Of a stretch of DNA of 47,714 bases, positions 12,961 to 22,858 are shown in pieces. The notes under the pieces are model-generated. The model was not told where the DNA came from. It searched no databases and saw only the letters and a program-made list of their open reading frames with translations. The translations under genes were made by a program, and so were the position numbers. The stretch lies in the IMG/VR virus record IMGVR_UViG_2541047681_000007; one strand, written 5' to 3'. Position 1 is the first letter of the stretch, and each line of letters begins with the position of its first letter. The DNA comes from a virus (Duplodnaviria > Heunggongvirae > Uroviricota > Caudoviricetes).

Positions 12961-13610
12961 TTGTCGGTGTACCTCTCTCGTTTACTCAGTTGTTCAGGAA
13001 TATGGTGCAGCAGCTCGCCGTCGCCACAGTAAATGGCGGCATGATTCGGCACCGATGAACCAAAACAGCACAGCAGCACGTCGCCAGGCTGCGCCTCTGT
13101 CAGTGGGACACGGTAAAAACCCGTTGCCTCCATATTGTCAAGATAGAGATTCTGGCCGTGACGCCACCAGTCATCCCCGCGATGCAAATCCGGCATCTCA
13201 ATTCCCGCCAGATGGTAAGCGTCCCGGAACAGCGTGTAACAGTCCGTCACCCCGTGCTCAAAGCGCCGCCCGGTGAGATGCGGCACACAGCGGAATTTAT
13301 GAATCGCCCCCCGGCAGACCAGCCACCACGGCAAATCACTCTGCACCTGCAGCCGCCGGTCGGCCTCACTCAGCCAGGGCAGACCACCGGGGTGGCTGTG
13401 GACCAGCGCCACAATCTCTCCCTGCATTTCTGCACTCAGCCAGTCCTCCGGCGACATCCGGAAATACGCCTCCGGCTCACCAGAGATATTCACGCAGGGA
13501 AAATATCTTTCCCCCTCCGGTGTTCTCACCACGAAGCCGCACGACTCCGCTGGCGCACATCGCCGGGCATGCGCCAGAATCGCTGATTCTGTCTCTGTCA
13601 TGGGATTCAC
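12858..13610 (-). CDS. K: Tail assembly protein K (JAB/MPN plus NlpC/P60 domains)
   Basis: HSHPGG (JAMM-like) motif and C-terminal Cys/His peptidase region; ATGA start/stop overlap with L. Confidence 0.85.
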   Translation of the reverse strand: MNPMTETESAILAHARRCAPAESCGFVVRTPEGERYFPCVNISGEPEAYFRMSPEDWLSAEMQGEIVALVHSHPGGLPWLSEADRRLQVQSDLPWWLVCRGAIHKFRCVPHLTGRRFEHGVTDCYTLFRDAYHLAGIEMPDLHRGDDWWRHGQNLYLDNMEATGFYRVPLTEAQPGDVLLCCFGSSVPNHAAIYCGDGELLHHIPEQLSKRERYTDKWQRRTHSLWRHRAWHASAFTGICNDLVAVSTFV

Positions 13611-14305
13611 TGCGAAAGTTTGTTAATGGAAAGGAAGCCGCCAAAGTTGCCGACGTTATTGCGAAACTTACAGCCGCTCAGGCATTTGCTGCATTTATCC
13701 TTCGTGATATCGGACGTCGGCTGATCATATTCATCCGCGACCGCCGGACCGTGATAACCGCACTCGTCACCGCGATAGGTCCAGGTGCAGGTGTTGGCCA
13801 GCATGATACGTCCCGGAAAAACGGCACCGTCCGTTTCCGTCGGCGTGGACAGTACAAAAGAGGCACTCACCGCGCTCAGTTCGCTGCACTGCTCGATGCG
13901 CCAGCGGCTAATCACCTCCTGCTCCGGATCGGCGTCACTGTTTCCGTTGACGAAGTTCACCGCATCCAGAAAACGGGCGTAAACCTTACGCCGGACCACC
14001 GTTCCGCCGACCAGACTCTGCAGGTCTTCCGCCATCCCGGTGACCATGCCGTGCAGGTTAGAAACCGTCAGTGTCGGACGGGCAGCACTGCCCTTGCCAT
14101 TCAGTTCAAATCCCGTCCCCTGAATGGGGTATGCCTGATACTGCCGCCCCTGCCAGGTAACCGGCTCACCTTTTTCGTTCTGCTCATTACAGAAAAAATA
14201 ACGTTCACCACCGACCTCTGTCAGATCGATTTCCCAGAGCACCACCTGGGCTGACTGAGTGAGGCGTGTCGTCTCATGATGTGTTTCCTGTGGAATATCC
14301 TGCAT
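13607..14305 (-). CDS. L: Minor tail protein L
   Basis: 232 aa, same length as lambda L, conserved Cys cluster (CTWTYRGDECGY...CSKCLSGC). Confidence 0.85.
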   Translation of the reverse strand: MQDIPQETHHETTRLTQSAQVVLWEIDLTEVGGERYFFCNEQNEKGEPVTWQGRQYQAYPIQGTGFELNGKGSAARPTLTVSNLHGMVTGMAEDLQSLVGGTVVRRKVYARFLDAVNFVNGNSDADPEQEVISRWRIEQCSELSAVSASFVLSTPTETDGAVFPGRIMLANTCTWTYRGDECGYHGPAVADEYDQPTSDITKDKCSKCLSGCKFRNNVGNFGGFLSINKLSQ

Positions 14306-14314
14306 CAGAGCCTC

Positions 14315-14644
14315 CTATGCCACGACCTGTTCAAAATCTGCCGTTATGGTTATCCACAGCGCCCCCACGCTTGCCGACCATTTACGACAAACCACCCTGA
14401 TCGGCTTCCAGTCATAAGGTGGCGTCCACTGAAATGCGCGGACGCCACCGTGCCGTTCCAGAAAGGCTTTTAAAGATGGGTGTTCACATTTACGAACACG
14501 TATCGTCACGCTGTAAATCGACAACTGGTTATTCAGTCCCGCCGCACGACGCTGTTCATAACCATCGCCCAGCTTCACTGTCACCACTTTCGGCTCTGAT
14601 ACCACATTCATATCCGGGCGCACTTTCCAGTGAAACGTCTCCAT
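14315..14644 (-). CDS. M: Minor tail protein M
   Basis: 109 aa, METFHWKVRPDMNVVSEPKVVTVKLGDGYEQRRAAGLNNQ as lambda M. Confidence 0.85.
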   Translation of the reverse strand: METFHWKVRPDMNVVSEPKVVTVKLGDGYEQRRAAGLNNQLSIYSVTIRVRKCEHPSLKAFLERHGGVRAFQWTPPYDWKPIRVVCRKWSASVGALWITITADFEQVVA

Positions 14645-17600
14645 TACCGATATGCTCCACTTAACCGACCACCATCACGGGCCTGCTGTTGCATAAAGTC
14701 CGCTGCCGCTTTTTTCCCGAGGTCATAAACCACCTTCAGGGCAGCCGGACCTATCTGCCCGTTCGTGCCATCGTTATTGATCTCGATGTTGTACTGCGGG
14801 GCAAACATCGCCATACCTGAACCACCAATATCCGCCACAACCCCCAGCTTACCGTCAGCACCACGACGCAGTGGCAGAATGGCTTCAGGTCCCGCTTCCC
14901 CCATCACACCCGCGCCTTTTGCAAAAGCAAAAAACGTCGGACGGTTAACCACCGTGCCACTGTAACGACTCAAATCAGCAGACTGATAAATCCCCCCATT
15001 GGCATTCAGGGAAAGGCTGCTGAGATCAAATCCCAGTACACTGCCAATCCCTTTTATCGATTTCATCATGGTTGCCTGCGCCAGGATTTTCGCCATATCT
15101 GACAGCACAGAAGAGGTGAAGGATTTGAAATTGAGTTTGCCGGTAGTGACAAAAGTTGCCAGGCCATTTCCCATGTTGCTGAAGGCTGACGAGAACACCT
15201 GTTCTGCTGTTCCTGCCGTATTATCTGCATCCACGGTAAAATTCTGAAATGCACGCAGGACTCCGTTTTTCCAGTTACCCTGCACAACTTCAAGCTGTTG
15301 CCAGTAACGGCGATTCTCATTCAGTTGTCGGTTCAGGCTCTCCGTCAGCGCCTGCTCGGCCTTTCTGTAGTCATCCGTGTTATATGTTCCTTTCTGCTCA
15401 CTATCCCGCCTCAACTGCTCCAGCTGTTGCTGGTATTTCTGGCGAAGACTCAGTTGTACCTGATATCGCTGCCGCTGCTGATCACCCATACCCACCGTGG
15501 CGATATCCAGGTCATGTTGCTGACGCTGAGCGCGCTCTTCTTCAGCCAGTTGACTGGTCAGCTGAATTGTTTTTTTCTTCAGCTCGTTGAGTGCCGTCTG
15601 TTTCTGAAGCTCCTGCTGTTTTACATCCAGCAGCGTCAGTGCCTGAATCAGTTCATCTTTACGGGCCAGCACACTCTTTTCATCTGCCGTCAGTTTTTTC
15701 CCGTCCAGGTCGCTGATGCGCTGCTGCAGAGCCAGAAGCTGTTTATGCGCTTCTGTCATCCTTTCCGTGGCAATGCCTGCTGACTGTCTGGCAGCAGCAA
15801 TCTGTCCTTCCACCTGTACCTGTTGCTGACTGTACTGCAGCAATAACCGGGTGGCCTCATCATTACGGGGTTCGCGTGTTTTTTTCTTACCGGATGCCAG
15901 GGCTTTCTCGTAACGTTCATTTTCACGTTGTATCGCCGCATCCCTGACAGCCTGATCGGCGTACTGCATGGAATTAATACGCGCAATTTCACGCTGATGT
16001 CGTGCTGCTTCCGTTTCATTCATCCGGTTCAGTGCAGCATTTTCAGCATTACGGCGTTTCTGTTGCTCCTGATAATTCCGCTCTGCCTGCTCTTTTGCAT
16101 CCTGCAAATCCTTCTGGCGTTTTTTCTCCTGAAGCTCGTTAAGACGCTGCTGATCGTACTCAACCTGAGAAGATGATGCCGTCCAGGGGAGTCTTTTCGC
16201 CCGCGACACTTTCTCCTGTAAAGCGGAAATCTGTTCATCCAGCGAGTCTTCACGACCAATATTCATGGCCGCATCCCAGAAACGACTCCATAAATCAGAC
16301 AGATACTTCAGCGTACTGCCCAGCGCATTGAGGTTATTATCAATATCCGCAGTACGCCGACCGGTTTCCTCTGCCAGTGCAGACATGGCTATCCGTGCCG
16401 CATCACTGGACCGCCCCTGTTCCCCAAGGACGCGTATCTGCTCAAGCTGAGTGGCAGTAAGAAAATGCAGCTCATTGTCCAGAGCCTTCGCGGCATTTAC
16501 AGGATCATCCTTCAGCCGCTTAAACTGATTTATGGTATCGCTGACCGACTGGCCAACCGATCGCTCCATCTGTGCGGCAGCTCTCGCCACCATACCGATA
16601 TCGTTTCCACGAAATGCACCACTCCCCACCACCTGAGCCAGCGCACCGGCTGCAGCATGTTGCGTAATACCATTCCCGGAAATAGCACGACTGAGCGTCC
16701 ACAGCTGCCCGGCAGTGACTCCGGCATAATGCCCCGTCAGCGACAACTGGCGGTTAAATTCTTCCCCCTCCTTCTGACCATCATACCAGGCTTTACCCAG
16801 ACCATAGACGGCCGCGGCAATACCGCCAATAACCCCGCCCAGCATCATGCCTTTCGGTGACATCAGTGTGTCTATCCATCCGGCACGGTTAGCCAGCGTT
16901 ATCCCGGATCCCCTCAGCGCACCTAAATTGCCGCGAGCCAGTTCACCTATCAGAACGCCTATCTCCTGGCGGGCCGCTGCACTTTTCAGACCCAGCGAAT
17001 GCGTGGCTTTTCCTGCCTGCTCCATTTTGCGGATATACACTTCTGCAGCACTGCTTACCCCCAGCTGGGCAGCCTTAGCACGAAGCAACTCAGAAGAAGA
17101 AAGATTCTGGCGGGTTGCCTGCTCTTTAAGCTGACGGATAAACGCCACTTTCTGTCGGGTAGCCTCTGCCTCAGCCTGCGTAAGAACACCGGTTTTCGCC
17201 GTAACCTCAGAAATCAGCGCCAGATAATCCTGCTGACCAATCCCGCCACTGTTTCTGGCCTGTCGGATCTGCTGCTGAATACGCTGTAATTCCTGCAGTC
17301 CCGCACTGGCCTGTTTCACACTGTCAATCTGACGATAAAACGCGGCAGCCGCTTTATCCTGAGCCTCCGCCAGAGCCATGGCCTGCGCCTGTTCCTCGCG
17401 CATTTTCTGGCTCAGTGCCTCCATACGCTGGCGGGTTTGCTCCACCTCGCGGGCCATGCGTTCATGAGCCTGTGCGCTCTTCTCCACCGTCTGCGCATGG
17501 ACGGATGCGGCTGTTGCAGCCGAAGAAGCCGCCTGCATTGTCTGCCGGGCGGCCTGAGTCTGACGCTCCATAAAACGCTGCATACGGGCAGAAGACCGTT

Positions 17601-17709
17601 CTGCATCGCTGGCTGCACCATTCAGAAGGTTTTTGATACGGGGAATTTCATTTTTAAACTCTGCCGCATCAATCCCCAAATCAATGACCAGGTTGGCTAT
17701 CTGGTCCAT
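14644..17709 (-). CDS. H: Tail tape measure protein H
   Basis: long coiled-coil-rich protein with C-terminal ...INNDGTNGQIGPAALKVVYD as lambda H; ATG at 17709 (MDQIANLVIDLGIDAAEF) preceded by GGAGG; ORF track extends to 17739. Confidence 0.85.
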   Translation of the reverse strand: MDQIANLVIDLGIDAAEFKNEIPRIKNLLNGAASDAERSSARMQRFMERQTQAARQTMQAASSAATAASVHAQTVEKSAQAHERMAREVEQTRQRMEALSQKMREEQAQAMALAEAQDKAAAAFYRQIDSVKQASAGLQELQRIQQQIRQARNSGGIGQQDYLALISEVTAKTGVLTQAEAEATRQKVAFIRQLKEQATRQNLSSSELLRAKAAQLGVSSAAEVYIRKMEQAGKATHSLGLKSAAARQEIGVLIGELARGNLGALRGSGITLANRAGWIDTLMSPKGMMLGGVIGGIAAAVYGLGKAWYDGQKEGEEFNRQLSLTGHYAGVTAGQLWTLSRAISGNGITQHAAAGALAQVVGSGAFRGNDIGMVARAAAQMERSVGQSVSDTINQFKRLKDDPVNAAKALDNELHFLTATQLEQIRVLGEQGRSSDAARIAMSALAEETGRRTADIDNNLNALGSTLKYLSDLWSRFWDAAMNIGREDSLDEQISALQEKVSRAKRLPWTASSSQVEYDQQRLNELQEKKRQKDLQDAKEQAERNYQEQQKRRNAENAALNRMNETEAARHQREIARINSMQYADQAVRDAAIQRENERYEKALASGKKKTREPRNDEATRLLLQYSQQQVQVEGQIAAARQSAGIATERMTEAHKQLLALQQRISDLDGKKLTADEKSVLARKDELIQALTLLDVKQQELQKQTALNELKKKTIQLTSQLAEEERAQRQQHDLDIATVGMGDQQRQRYQVQLSLRQKYQQQLEQLRRDSEQKGTYNTDDYRKAEQALTESLNRQLNENRRYWQQLEVVQGNWKNGVLRAFQNFTVDADNTAGTAEQVFSSAFSNMGNGLATFVTTGKLNFKSFTSSVLSDMAKILAQATMMKSIKGIGSVLGFDLSSLSLNANGGIYQSADLSRYSGTVVNRPTFFAFAKGAGVMGEAGPEAILPLRRGADGKLGVVADIGGSGMAMFAPQYNIEINNDGTNGQIGPAALKVVYDLGKKAAADFMQQQARDGGRLSGAYR

Positions 17710-18010
17710 AACGCACACCTCCGGAAATACCTTCCCCAAGATGCATCAGTTCTTCGTCCGTTCGCTCCGGTATCCCGTTCTCTTCCGGTAAAAGGCTGAA
17801 ATCAGCCACCGCAGCATCACTGCTACCGGACACCATTCTCACGATCAATGCCTTCAGCGAGGCAAACTGCGCATCCATCCACACATCACTGAAGCTCTGC
17901 ATCTGGAAATAATCGCCCCATTCACCAAGCTCAGTGGCCGACATTTCCGACAGCATCCGCCGCCAGTCTGCCCGCCGGAACTCCCGGGCAAGCCGCATGA
18001 CAAACTGCAT
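17681..18010 (-). CDS. T: Tail assembly chaperone T segment (expressed as G-T fusion by -1 frameshift)
   Basis: ORF in -1 frame relative to G, open across the end of G; A-AAG slip-prone sequence GGAAAAG just before the G stop codon. Confidence 0.6.
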   Translation of the reverse strand: MQFVMRLAREFRRADWRRMLSEMSATELGEWGDYFQMQSFSDVWMDAQFASLKALIVRMVSGSSDAAVADFSLLPEENGIPERTDEELMHLGEGISGGVRYGPDSQPGH

Positions 18011-18018
18011 TTCCCGCG

Positions 18019-18405
18019 TCAGGACTTTTCCGGCGTCAGCACCTCATGCTCCAAATCCCCGGCATTCTCAATGGCTCCCATACCGCTCAGCGACAGAACC
18101 ATCTCCGCCCCCGCTCCCAGGGCATCATACGACCATGTTGTAATAACGGATGCGCAAAGCGTCTCAACATCCTGAGACTGTTCCGCATTCCACAGTGAGC
18201 GGGAAACCAGCCAGGCATTGATATCCATCCCCATCCGCAGAAAAGCAATCTGTCGTTCAGCCTCCGGCAGTTCTCCCTCTTCGGCATCAAACTTTGCCGT
18301 TCGCTGCTGAACAAACGCCAGATATTCAATTCTCTGCAGCCCGGACAGCTCACTGAGCACCACGGACTGCTTTTCATAATTAAACGAGCCCTGTTTCAGA
18401 AACAT
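18019..18405 (-). CDS. G: Tail assembly chaperone G
   Basis: MFLKQGSFNYEKQSVVLSELSGLQRIEYLAF resembles lambda G N-terminus; GGAG 6 nt upstream of ATG at 18405. Confidence 0.8.
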   Translation of the reverse strand: MFLKQGSFNYEKQSVVLSELSGLQRIEYLAFVQQRTAKFDAEEGELPEAERQIAFLRMGMDINAWLVSRSLWNAEQSQDVETLCASVITTWSYDALGAGAEMVLSLSGMGAIENAGDLEHEVLTPEKS

Positions 18406-18465
18406 CATGTTCTCCACCTGCAAAAAAGCCCCGGATAACCGGGGCAAATGATGAGTATCGTCCTG

Positions 18466-19215
18466 TTAACCTGCGGCGCTGACAGCCACCGCAGCCACGG
18501 CCACAAAATCGCCGTCAGAAGTCATGCCCACAATGCTGACACTGCCCTGCTTCACGCCTTTCACCGTGGCCACAAGCCCGTTCAGGGTCACCGTGGCAGT
18601 CTGTGGATCTGTCGAATGCACACTGATCGCTTTGTCACTGGCTCCGTCAGGTTTTACTGTAAAGGTCAGCGTGGTGGTTGCTCCCACTTTTACACTGGCA
18701 GATGCCGGTGCCACCGTCAGCCCGGTAACGCTCACTGTTTCAGTGCCTTCCTCTGCCAGATGCGGACGCCCCACACCGCTGATTTTCACTGTGCGGGTCA
18801 TCACGTCTTTTGAGGCAATGGTTTTACCCAGTGAGCTCAGCCAGCCACGGAAAACATCAACAGTGCCGTTGGGATATTTGATACGAAACGCGCAGACTTC
18901 ACCGGAGTCGAACAACTGAACCAGTTTTTTCTGCCCGCTGTCACCCGGACGCCAGGCCAGCGTCGCCGAAGTATCACCGACGGATTTCTGCCCCTGGGTT
19001 GTCGTTTTCCAGTCTGCATCTTCATCATCGAGATAAGTGTCATCTTCTGCATCAGCGGTCATTTCGCCAGGTTGCAGATCCTTCACCATCGCAAGACGCA
19101 GCCAGTCAGTGTCCGATAAAGGGTTCGCAAACGCATCGCCCTTGCCGGTGTACATCCAGAACGTCGTTCCCGCACCTTTCGTTTTTGCCAGTGGATTTGG
19201 TGTGGTCATTGCCAC
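18466..19215 (-). CDS. V: Major tail protein V with C-terminal Ig-like domain
   Basis: 249 aa, position after U and before G; C-terminal Big_2-like region (VTGLTVAPASASVKVGATTTLTFTVKPDGASDK). Confidence 0.85.
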   Translation of the reverse strand: MAMTTPNPLAKTKGAGTTFWMYTGKGDAFANPLSDTDWLRLAMVKDLQPGEMTADAEDDTYLDDEDADWKTTTQGQKSVGDTSATLAWRPGDSGQKKLVQLFDSGEVCAFRIKYPNGTVDVFRGWLSSLGKTIASKDVMTRTVKISGVGRPHLAEEGTETVSVTGLTVAPASASVKVGATTTLTFTVKPDGASDKAISVHSTDPQTATVTLNGLVATVKGVKQGSVSIVGMTSDGDFVAVAAVAVSAAG

Positions 19216-19220
19216 CTCCT

Positions 19221-19622
19221 TTAATTCGTGTACGTGATCTGGTACGTGATTTCCGCCATCGCCCAGGTGGCCATCTCATTATCACGTTGATAGTTAAAAC
19301 CGAGAGGGATCAGGGTGTCGATGAGTCCGGAAAGTGCCGGTATATCATTCAGAGCCGGGAAAATGGTGCTCTCCATCCACATATCCAGCTCTGAATCCGG
19401 TGCCTGTGCCCGGATGAAGACAGCAATATGCAGAACAGCCTGCCAGTCATCTTCATCCGTCATTTTTCCGGTGTACTGAGCATCACTCAGCCACACCGCC
19501 ACGGCAGGCAGTTCCTGCGCATCAATAAATGCCGGAAGCCCGTCAAAAAACGTGGCGCTGTCTCCACACTGTTCCCGAAGGCGTGCCAGTACGGCCTGGC
19601 GGATTTGTGTATGTCGGTTCAT
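19221..19622 (-). CDS. U: Tail terminator protein U
   Basis: similar to lambda U (ATFFDG...AVAV...YTG...); ATGA overlap with Z stop places start at 19622. Confidence 0.85.
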   Translation of the reverse strand: MNRHTQIRQAVLARLREQCGDSATFFDGLPAFIDAQELPAVAVWLSDAQYTGKMTDEDDWQAVLHIAVFIRAQAPDSELDMWMESTIFPALNDIPALSGLIDTLIPLGFNYQRDNEMATWAMAEITYQITYTN

Positions 19623-20197
19623 CGGGTCAGCCATAACCTCAGTTGTTGTTTCAGTGCATACCCCAGCTGTTTCGGCATTTCCGCAGCAATAATGCGGTCG
19701 CGGGCATCTTCAAATGCCTGTGTCAGCGGTCCGGACAGCGGGACTTTCACCACATCAATGGGGTAACGATTTTTGCCATCAATACGCCGCATCACATGCC
19801 AGCGACCATTCGCCAGTTGCTGAATAAACGCATCCCGGAAAAGATATTTACCCACCTTCAGCACACTGCCACGGTACTGCAGTTTTCCACCACGCCGGGC
19901 CAGTCTGACCCGGGCTGTCCCCAGCTTAATAGCGGGCAGATTGCCCCGGTTAACGCGGATTCTGGCCGTCATTTTTCCTGACGGACTGGCTTTAAACACC
20001 CGGACACGCTGACGTACCAGTTTCAGGGGGATCCCTTTCACCTGGTTATCTCCCGCAACGGTATTCCCGGCAACCTGCCGGGTGGCGACCGAGACCGCTT
20101 TCTGTGCCACACGGTTTATCGCCCATGCGCTGGCCTGTGGCACCATACGGGTATCAAGGCTGTTCAGATTACGGATGGCATTCTCAAGCCCCTTCAT
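19619..20197 (-). CDS. Z: Tail completion protein Z
   Basis: 192 aa, same length as lambda Z, N-terminus MKGLENAIRNL. Confidence 0.8.
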   Translation of the reverse strand: MKGLENAIRNLNSLDTRMVPQASAWAINRVAQKAVSVATRQVAGNTVAGDNQVKGIPLKLVRQRVRVFKASPSGKMTARIRVNRGNLPAIKLGTARVRLARRGGKLQYRGSVLKVGKYLFRDAFIQQLANGRWHVMRRIDGKNRYPIDVVKVPLSGPLTQAFEDARDRIIAAEMPKQLGYALKQQLRLWLTR

Positions 20198-20208
20198 CCC
20201 ACACCTCT

Positions 20209-20484
20209 TTACTCAATAAAGATCATTGGCTTACCGTTAAAACGTTCATGCCGTGTGACCGTCCATTGTTGTCCGTCATAAACAACGCGATCCCCGCGCC
20301 GTGGGCGGTATCCCGAAGAAAACACCACCAGAGAGACCGCAGGTCCGGACAGAGCATTCAGCTCTGCCAGTGTTTCTCCCGGGATCACAGTCATATCGGC
20401 ATCATTAATCGAGGCTGTCTTTCCCATCTTTCTGACCGTGATCGCATCCATACGCGCTGCCAGCCGGGAAAAGGGATCAGACAT
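20209..20484 (-). CDS. Head-tail joining protein, FII-like
   Basis: 91 aa; position between head genes and Z; MSDPF...RRGDRVVYDGQQWTV resembles lambda FII pattern. Confidence 0.5.
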   Translation of the reverse strand: MSDPFSRLAARMDAITVRKMGKTASINDADMTVIPGETLAELNALSGPAVSLVVFSSGYRPRRGDRVVYDGQQWTVTRHERFNGKPMIFIE

Positions 20485-20800
20485 TGAGTTTTACCGGCAC
20501 TTCTTCTGCACTGGTTCCGGCATCTGCCCAGACAACCCCGACCAGCGGATCAGAGCCGCTGTTAGTCAGCTGAACTTTTCCGGACTTTAGATAAACCTTC
20601 TTACCCGTTTTCATGTCATCCGTTTTCAGCTTAGGCAGCATAAACACACCTTCGGTCATGCCGTCGCCTGTTTCACCCTGTGGAATATCGGTCAGCGCCA
20701 CCGCAAAAACATCACCCACCTGCACCAGATCTCCGCTGCTGATGGCTGCACTGGCAACAATCGCCACCGTTTTTCCTTCTTCTACAAAATTCTTTGCCAT
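20477..20800 (-). CDS. Small head protein (FI position, possible decoration/cement protein)
   Basis: 107 aa from ATG at 20800 preceded by GGAG; immediately downstream of major capsid gene. Confidence 0.45.
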   Translation of the reverse strand: MAKNFVEEGKTVAIVASAAISSGDLVQVGDVFAVALTDIPQGETGDGMTEGVFMLPKLKTDDMKTGKKVYLKSGKVQLTNSGSDPLVGVVWADAGTSAEEVPVKLNV

Positions 20801-20886
20801 AACTGTCTCCGCACAGCCCCGTTCAGGGGCTGATTTCAGGTACAAAAAAAGCCCTTACGGGCCATCAGAGTTGTTGTCTGCGACGT

Positions 20887-22845
20887 TTACGCCGTACATT
20901 TCACCAGGCCGCGGTGATCAACTGGCGCAACACCAGCGTCAATACGCACTTTCGTTGTCACGCCATCCACACTGAAGCCCTCCATCTGATCAATATATGG
21001 CGTATCCACACCGTTGAGATAAGCCACTTCAATCGTATCGGAGCCTTTGGACGCAGCCAGGTAGAAGGTGGTCTTGCTGTTATCATCAAGACGAGGCTCT
21101 GCAATAACGGTCGCAAAATCTTTCACCGGGTTAATAATACCGGCGTTAATGTCAGCCCCCTTGACACTTGAGGAGCGAATGACCTGGTTAGCAACAGACT
21201 CCATCGCCGTCGGTACCAGTACGAACGCAGGACGAATATTCAGATGACGCTCACCCTCTTTCTGAACGCGCATCAACTGGCGGGCTTTATCCAGCGATGC
21301 CACGTCCATTGCAGCGCTCTCCAGTACGTTTGCATGTTTCGCTTTATCGAACAGACTTACATTATCTGTGGAGATTTTCGGGTTAGACGTCAGAATGGCA
21401 TAAACCAGATCGGCAATAGTGGATTTCGCCGCACGGCCCAGCTTCATCGGGACATCGGTCAGCATATTCAGATCATCATTGATAATGGCCTGACGGGTGA
21501 TACTGAACAGCTCGCCATAGGTCGCCAGTGCAATAGTGGCCTGTTTATCTCCGGTGGTGACGTATTTATATTCCGCCCCTTCACGCACCTGACGCAGAGC
21601 ACTGAAGCCCCCCATACCCACACGATGGGCAATTTTAAAATCAGACAACTGACCTTTCCGCGTCCACTGTTCATAGGTTTCAGGGGCATCTTCCCAGCCC
21701 TGCAGAATGGCTTTGTTCGCAACATCCAGCAGAATATTACCGAAGTCAGACGTACTGTGTGTGAACGCCGCACCGACCATCTGCATCGGGTTATAACCGG
21801 AAACCCCAATACCCCGTTCAGTCAGTGACATACGGGCATATTCACGCAGGGTCATCCCGTTGTAGACATTATCACGTTCGGTTTTTTCAAATCCGGCACG
21901 CGCCATCAGCGCCTGGCGGATCCCGTCCCCCACAAAATTACCGTTACCGGCATAAATATGAGCCGGGGTATTTTTATTGGATGGCGTGGACTCGCGCCCC
22001 ATCTCGTTCAACAACTTTTCGCGGGCCTGCTCCAGCGAACATTCAGGATCGGTAAGACACTGGGCCTGCAGCGTCTGATAACGCCCGCCAAACATGGCAA
22101 ACAGATCATTAATACCGTTTACACGCGCTTTTTGCTCTGCCAGTACCTGCGCACGGATACTGTTTTCATCCACCACGGGTTCTGCTGCCTGCACTGGCGT
22201 CCGGGAGGCTGCAGGTTCATCATCCTGTACGCGTGGAGCACTGTTGCGTGGCGGAGTAATCATGTTTCGAATGGATTCCGGCATCTTTTTAAATTCCTCT
22301 GTACGTTTTGACTGAATACATGCCATTGCCTTAACGGCTAGCGTTACCTGATCAGCAAATCCATGTGCCAGACATTCGGCACCGGACATCCAGGTCTCAT
22401 CCGCCAGCATGGCAGCAATTTCATCGGTGGTTTTCCCGGTTTTCTGTGCATAAGCGGGTAACAGAACCGCCTCAACTTTATCGAGCAGGTCGGCATAGGT
22501 GCGCATGTCCTCCGCATCACCGCCCGTAAAGCCAAATGGTTTATGAATCATCATGAAGGTGTTTTCCGGCATAATGACCGGGTTTCCCACCATCGCAATG
22601 ACCGACGCCATTGACGCCGCCACACCGTCGACATAAACGGTAATGGACGCACCATGTGTTTTCAGCGCATTAAAAATGGCGATGCCTTCAAAGACATCGC
22701 CACCCGGTGAATTAATATGGAGATTAATGTGGGTGATATCGCCCAGTGCATTCAGATCACTGATAAACTGCTTCGCTGTAACACCCCAGAAACCAATCTC
22801 GTCATAAATATAAATATCCGCGTCACTCTGGTGACCAGCCTGCAT
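20887..22845 (-). CDS. Prohead protease (S49/ClpP-like) fused to major capsid protein
   Basis: N-terminal NSPGGDVFEGIAIFNALK...ITVYVDGVAASMASVI ClpP/S49 serine protease motifs followed by a roughly 400 aa capsid-like domain; start taken at internal Met (MQAGHQSDADIYIYDEIG) just after portal stop; ORF track extends to 23106. Confidence 0.7.
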   Translation of the reverse strand: MQAGHQSDADIYIYDEIGFWGVTAKQFISDLNALGDITHINLHINSPGGDVFEGIAIFNALKTHGASITVYVDGVAASMASVIAMVGNPVIMPENTFMMIHKPFGFTGGDAEDMRTYADLLDKVEAVLLPAYAQKTGKTTDEIAAMLADETWMSGAECLAHGFADQVTLAVKAMACIQSKRTEEFKKMPESIRNMITPPRNSAPRVQDDEPAASRTPVQAAEPVVDENSIRAQVLAEQKARVNGINDLFAMFGGRYQTLQAQCLTDPECSLEQAREKLLNEMGRESTPSNKNTPAHIYAGNGNFVGDGIRQALMARAGFEKTERDNVYNGMTLREYARMSLTERGIGVSGYNPMQMVGAAFTHSTSDFGNILLDVANKAILQGWEDAPETYEQWTRKGQLSDFKIAHRVGMGGFSALRQVREGAEYKYVTTGDKQATIALATYGELFSITRQAIINDDLNMLTDVPMKLGRAAKSTIADLVYAILTSNPKISTDNVSLFDKAKHANVLESAAMDVASLDKARQLMRVQKEGERHLNIRPAFVLVPTAMESVANQVIRSSSVKGADINAGIINPVKDFATVIAEPRLDDNSKTTFYLAASKGSDTIEVAYLNGVDTPYIDQMEGFSVDGVTTKVRIDAGVAPVDHRGLVKCTA

Positions 22846-22858
22846 CCTGAACCAGGAA

